From Camelus dromedarius (taxonomy: Eukaryota), in NCBI RefSeq assembly GCF_036321535.1, contig NC_087436.1:108812001-108876000 (forward strand): a DNA stretch of 64,000 nt. Direction: 5' to 3'. Of the stretch, positions 61,359 to 64,000 are shown one piece after another. Position 1 is the first letter of the stretch; each line of letters begins with the position of its first letter. Below the pieces are notes generated by a model, which saw only the letters and a program-made list of their open reading frames with translations, was not told the DNA's origin and did not search any database. A program made the position numbers and the translations under genes.

Positions 61359-61794
61359 TGAATTTTCCTACCCATGAACAAGGAATGTCTCCTCATTTAT
61401 TTATTCTTTGATTTCATTCATCAGAGTTTTATATTTTTCCCATTTAGATTTTGTACATATTTTGCTAGATTTATACCTAAATATTTCATTTTAGGGAGGT
61501 ACCAATGTAAATAACAATGTGTTTTTAATTTCAATTTTTGCTTTTTTATCATTGGTACAAAGAAAAGCATTGGCTTTCATATATTAACCTTTCATCCTGC
61601 AGCCTTGGAGCTAACTGCTTATTAGTTCTGGGAATTTTTTGGTTGATTCTTTCAGATTTTGTATAAAGATGATTATGTCATCTGAGAACAAGGACAGTTT
61701 TATGCCTTCCTTCCAAGTCTGTATTTTCTTTTCTCTTCTTATTGAACAATTTCTCATCCTTATGGTACAATTTAAAGTATCTTGAATCAAAATT

Positions 61795-62150
61795 TTGAAA
61801 GTTTTATTGGCTCACATAACTGGGATAGTGAAACGATTATAGCACCAGACACAGCTGGATAAGATGTCCAACAATATCATTAGGATTCTGTCTTCCTTCT
61901 GCTCCCTCTTTCTCAGTCTTGATAGCTCCTTCAAGGAAGGATCTGGCTTTAGTCATATGACATATCTTAACTAATCATTGTGACCCAGGGGATGGAGAAT
62001 TGTCCCTGGACAAGCTTGCCATGCTGACCTAGCCCTGTGGCCGGGGAAAATGGTGCGTACTGAGACTGAGAGCCCCATGGGTATCATGTGAAATGGGGGG
62101 TTGACACTTTCTAAAGCAAATAAGAGAGTAGAACAGAACAAAGCCACAGA
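61795..62150 (-). mobile_element. Old MaLR LTR remnant (MLT1J-like)
   Basis: ttttattggctcacataactgg...agacacagctggat...atcattgtgacccagggggatggag-like motifs. Confidence 0.5.
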
Positions 62151-62630
62151 AAGCCAAAGTCAGAGTGTCTCAGGCTGTCACTTTTGTAATCACTGTATCC
62201 TATTCATTCAGGACTTTGACACCTGCATTAAAAATCTTCTTGATTCACTGGCCTGCAAGCAACATCCAAGAAGATGACCTAAGAAGCACCTACCTGAGCA
62301 TCAGTGTTTTTTGACTTTTTAAATGCCATCCTGTCCCTTTCCACTCCACTTTTCACTTTAACAGATGTAGCCTTATCAATCCTGAAAACATGTATCTCCT
62401 GAAATCTTAAATTAGTTTCACCTTTTTGACCAAGACTTACCCCCTGTCCAGTGGTCTTGGGCCCTCTCTTTTACTACGCCCGGCGCAGTGACTTCACAAG
62501 CCAGAGCCTTGTTATCACCAGGCCTTCCTTAGTCTCCCCAGTTCCATATTAACCCAGGCTGCATGGCTTTGATCGTTCAGCACGCTCCTCTTGAACATCC
62601 CTGCTCTCGCTCTTGTTCTGTGATCAGATT

Positions 62631-63116
62631 TGCATTCCTTTCCTAGGGCTGCTGTGACAAAATACCACGGCACAGGTGACTCAAAACAGCAGACATTTCA
62701 CTCTCACAGCCTGAGGCTGAAAGTCTGAGATCAGTAATACTGAGGGCTGGCAGGGCTGTGCTCTCTCCGGGAGCTCTAGGGGGAAACACGTTGCCTCTTC
62801 CAGTTTCTGGTGGGTGCCAGCATTCTTTGGCTTGTGACTGCATCACTCTGATTTTTAAGACCAGCATATTCGAAGCTCTCTGGGCCCCATCTTCACACTG
62901 CCTCCTCCTCTACACATATGTCAAATCTCTCTGCCTTTCTTTTGTAAGGACACTAGTAACAGCATTTAGGGCCCACTTGGGTAATCCAGGATAAGCTTCC
63001 TCTCTCAGTGTCCTTAAATTAGCCACATTTTCAAAATATAAGGAAATATTCAGTTTCCAGGAATTCTGATGTGGATATCTTTGGGGGGGGGGAGGGGGAA
63101 AGTTTTAGCTCTCACA
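62631..63116 (-). mobile_element. MaLR solo LTR, MLT1C/D-like
   Basis: ttcctagggctgctgtgacaaaataccac...ctctcacagcctgaggctgaaagtctgagatcag...cttccagtttctggtgg...tgtaaggacact...gatgtggatatctttgggg. Confidence 0.85.
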
Positions 63117-64000
63117 CTACCCGTGTGGCAAGAAGCCAAATCTGGGGTCATCCAATAATCTCTCTCCATTCCTCTGCTGCTTGCTGAAAGGAGAAACCCA
63201 GATGCATAATAGTCACTACTGATTTACAATTTTCATACACAATTTGACAGTCCTATTCCTTTTCCATGATCAAATATCTCTTCGTCTATACTTACAGTTA
63301 GCTACCTCTACATCCTGCGAAGCTCTCCTGATTCCATCAACAAATGCATCTGCAGAAGCATGTTTTCTCTACAGATAGATTTTGTCTCTCTTCATCCATC
63401 ACCACATCCTGAAACTCCTGAACAGGGTCTAGAGCATAGCTGGCACTTGATTCGTACTTCTTTGCTGCTTTATTCTTTCCAGTATAAAAGAAGAAGCTGT
63501 TCCATTTCCCCTGTGTTCTTAATCCCATTCCCCCTCATATCGCACTCCCCCTTTACCCTGTAGCTGTAATTTCTCCCCGTCCTCTCTCTCCCAGCTGCGT
63601 CTTTATATCCTCTAAACCTATTCAAGACTCTCACTCTTAAAAAAAGGCAGAAGATTTCTGGAATATTTTCAGAAAGTCAGATAAGGGCCAAACCACTCCT
63701 GACTCCTCATCTCCCAATGAAAATTTTTTAAAAAACAGAGAAAACATGAGGTAAAGCTATCGTAATTAAGTCCAAACATGAATCTCTTTCTGGGAAGCAC
63801 TAAGGTTAACAGCTGATGAACCAGAAAATGAAAATATCTGTGCGATACTGAAGAAAACACACAGCGTTTTTCCTTCACTGTGTGACAAGGACATAAAGCC
63901 TGTCGCTTTATGCCTCCCTGGAGAGAGTAAAAATTGTTATCACAAACTCATATAACATGAATTTCAAGGAGGCTCTCTTGCTGGTTGGAATAATGCCTTC

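Larger units (their letters stand above)
59722..61745 (-). mobile_element. Old L1 (L1MC-like) 3' part, internally rearranged; 60592-60996 is inverted
   Basis: 3'UTR ttagaacagtttaaggttcacaacaaaattga...cacccaaagtcca. ORF2 remnant in ORF 60414-60698(-): ...KKMNLDTDIKPFTKANSKWIIDLNVK. The + oriented block has ttattcataattgccaaaacttggaagcaac...ctaagtgaaagaagccaatct. Confidence 0.9.
12780..64000 (+). other. KCNIP4: Large KCNIP4 intron downstream of the exon, continuing beyond the window
   Basis: No sequence encoding the next KChIP4 segment ([23 protein letters not shown]) was seen by eye. The region is dominated by decayed repeats. Confidence 0.8.

Noticed and set aside
747..61745. The clearly recognisable L1 3' ends lie antisense to KCNIP4
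   Set aside because: This is the expected orientation bias of intronic L1s. It supports the + strand gene call but is not novel.

Overview
Mammalian, repeat-rich intronic DNA, not prokaryotic. A tRNA-Ala-derived SINE of the Vic-1 type suggests a camelid. The only recognisable coding sequence is one 125-nt internal exon on the + strand (12655-12779, (D)[41 protein letters not shown]). It is the first shared core exon of KCNIP4 (KChIP4). I did not find the next exon ([10 protein letters not shown]...), so the rest of the window is KCNIP4 intron filled with MIR, L2, L1, MaLR/ERVL LTRs, MER5/MER58 hAT MITEs, one young ERV1-type solo LTR and microsatellites. The supplied ORFs are spurious or repeat-derived. 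I see no evidence of a new multi-gene system. The best leads are: (i) an old L1 rearranged with two perfect inverted copies (62 bp and 31 bp); (ii) an open read-through of the exon donor giving a truncated, EF-hand-less KChIP4, with downstream AATAAA signals; (iii) an antisense solo LTR with TATA, AATAAA and target-site duplication (TSD); (iv) several hairpins and templated-insertion scars. Repeat subfamily names come from recalled consensus sequences, and their boundaries are approximate unless TSDs are stated.
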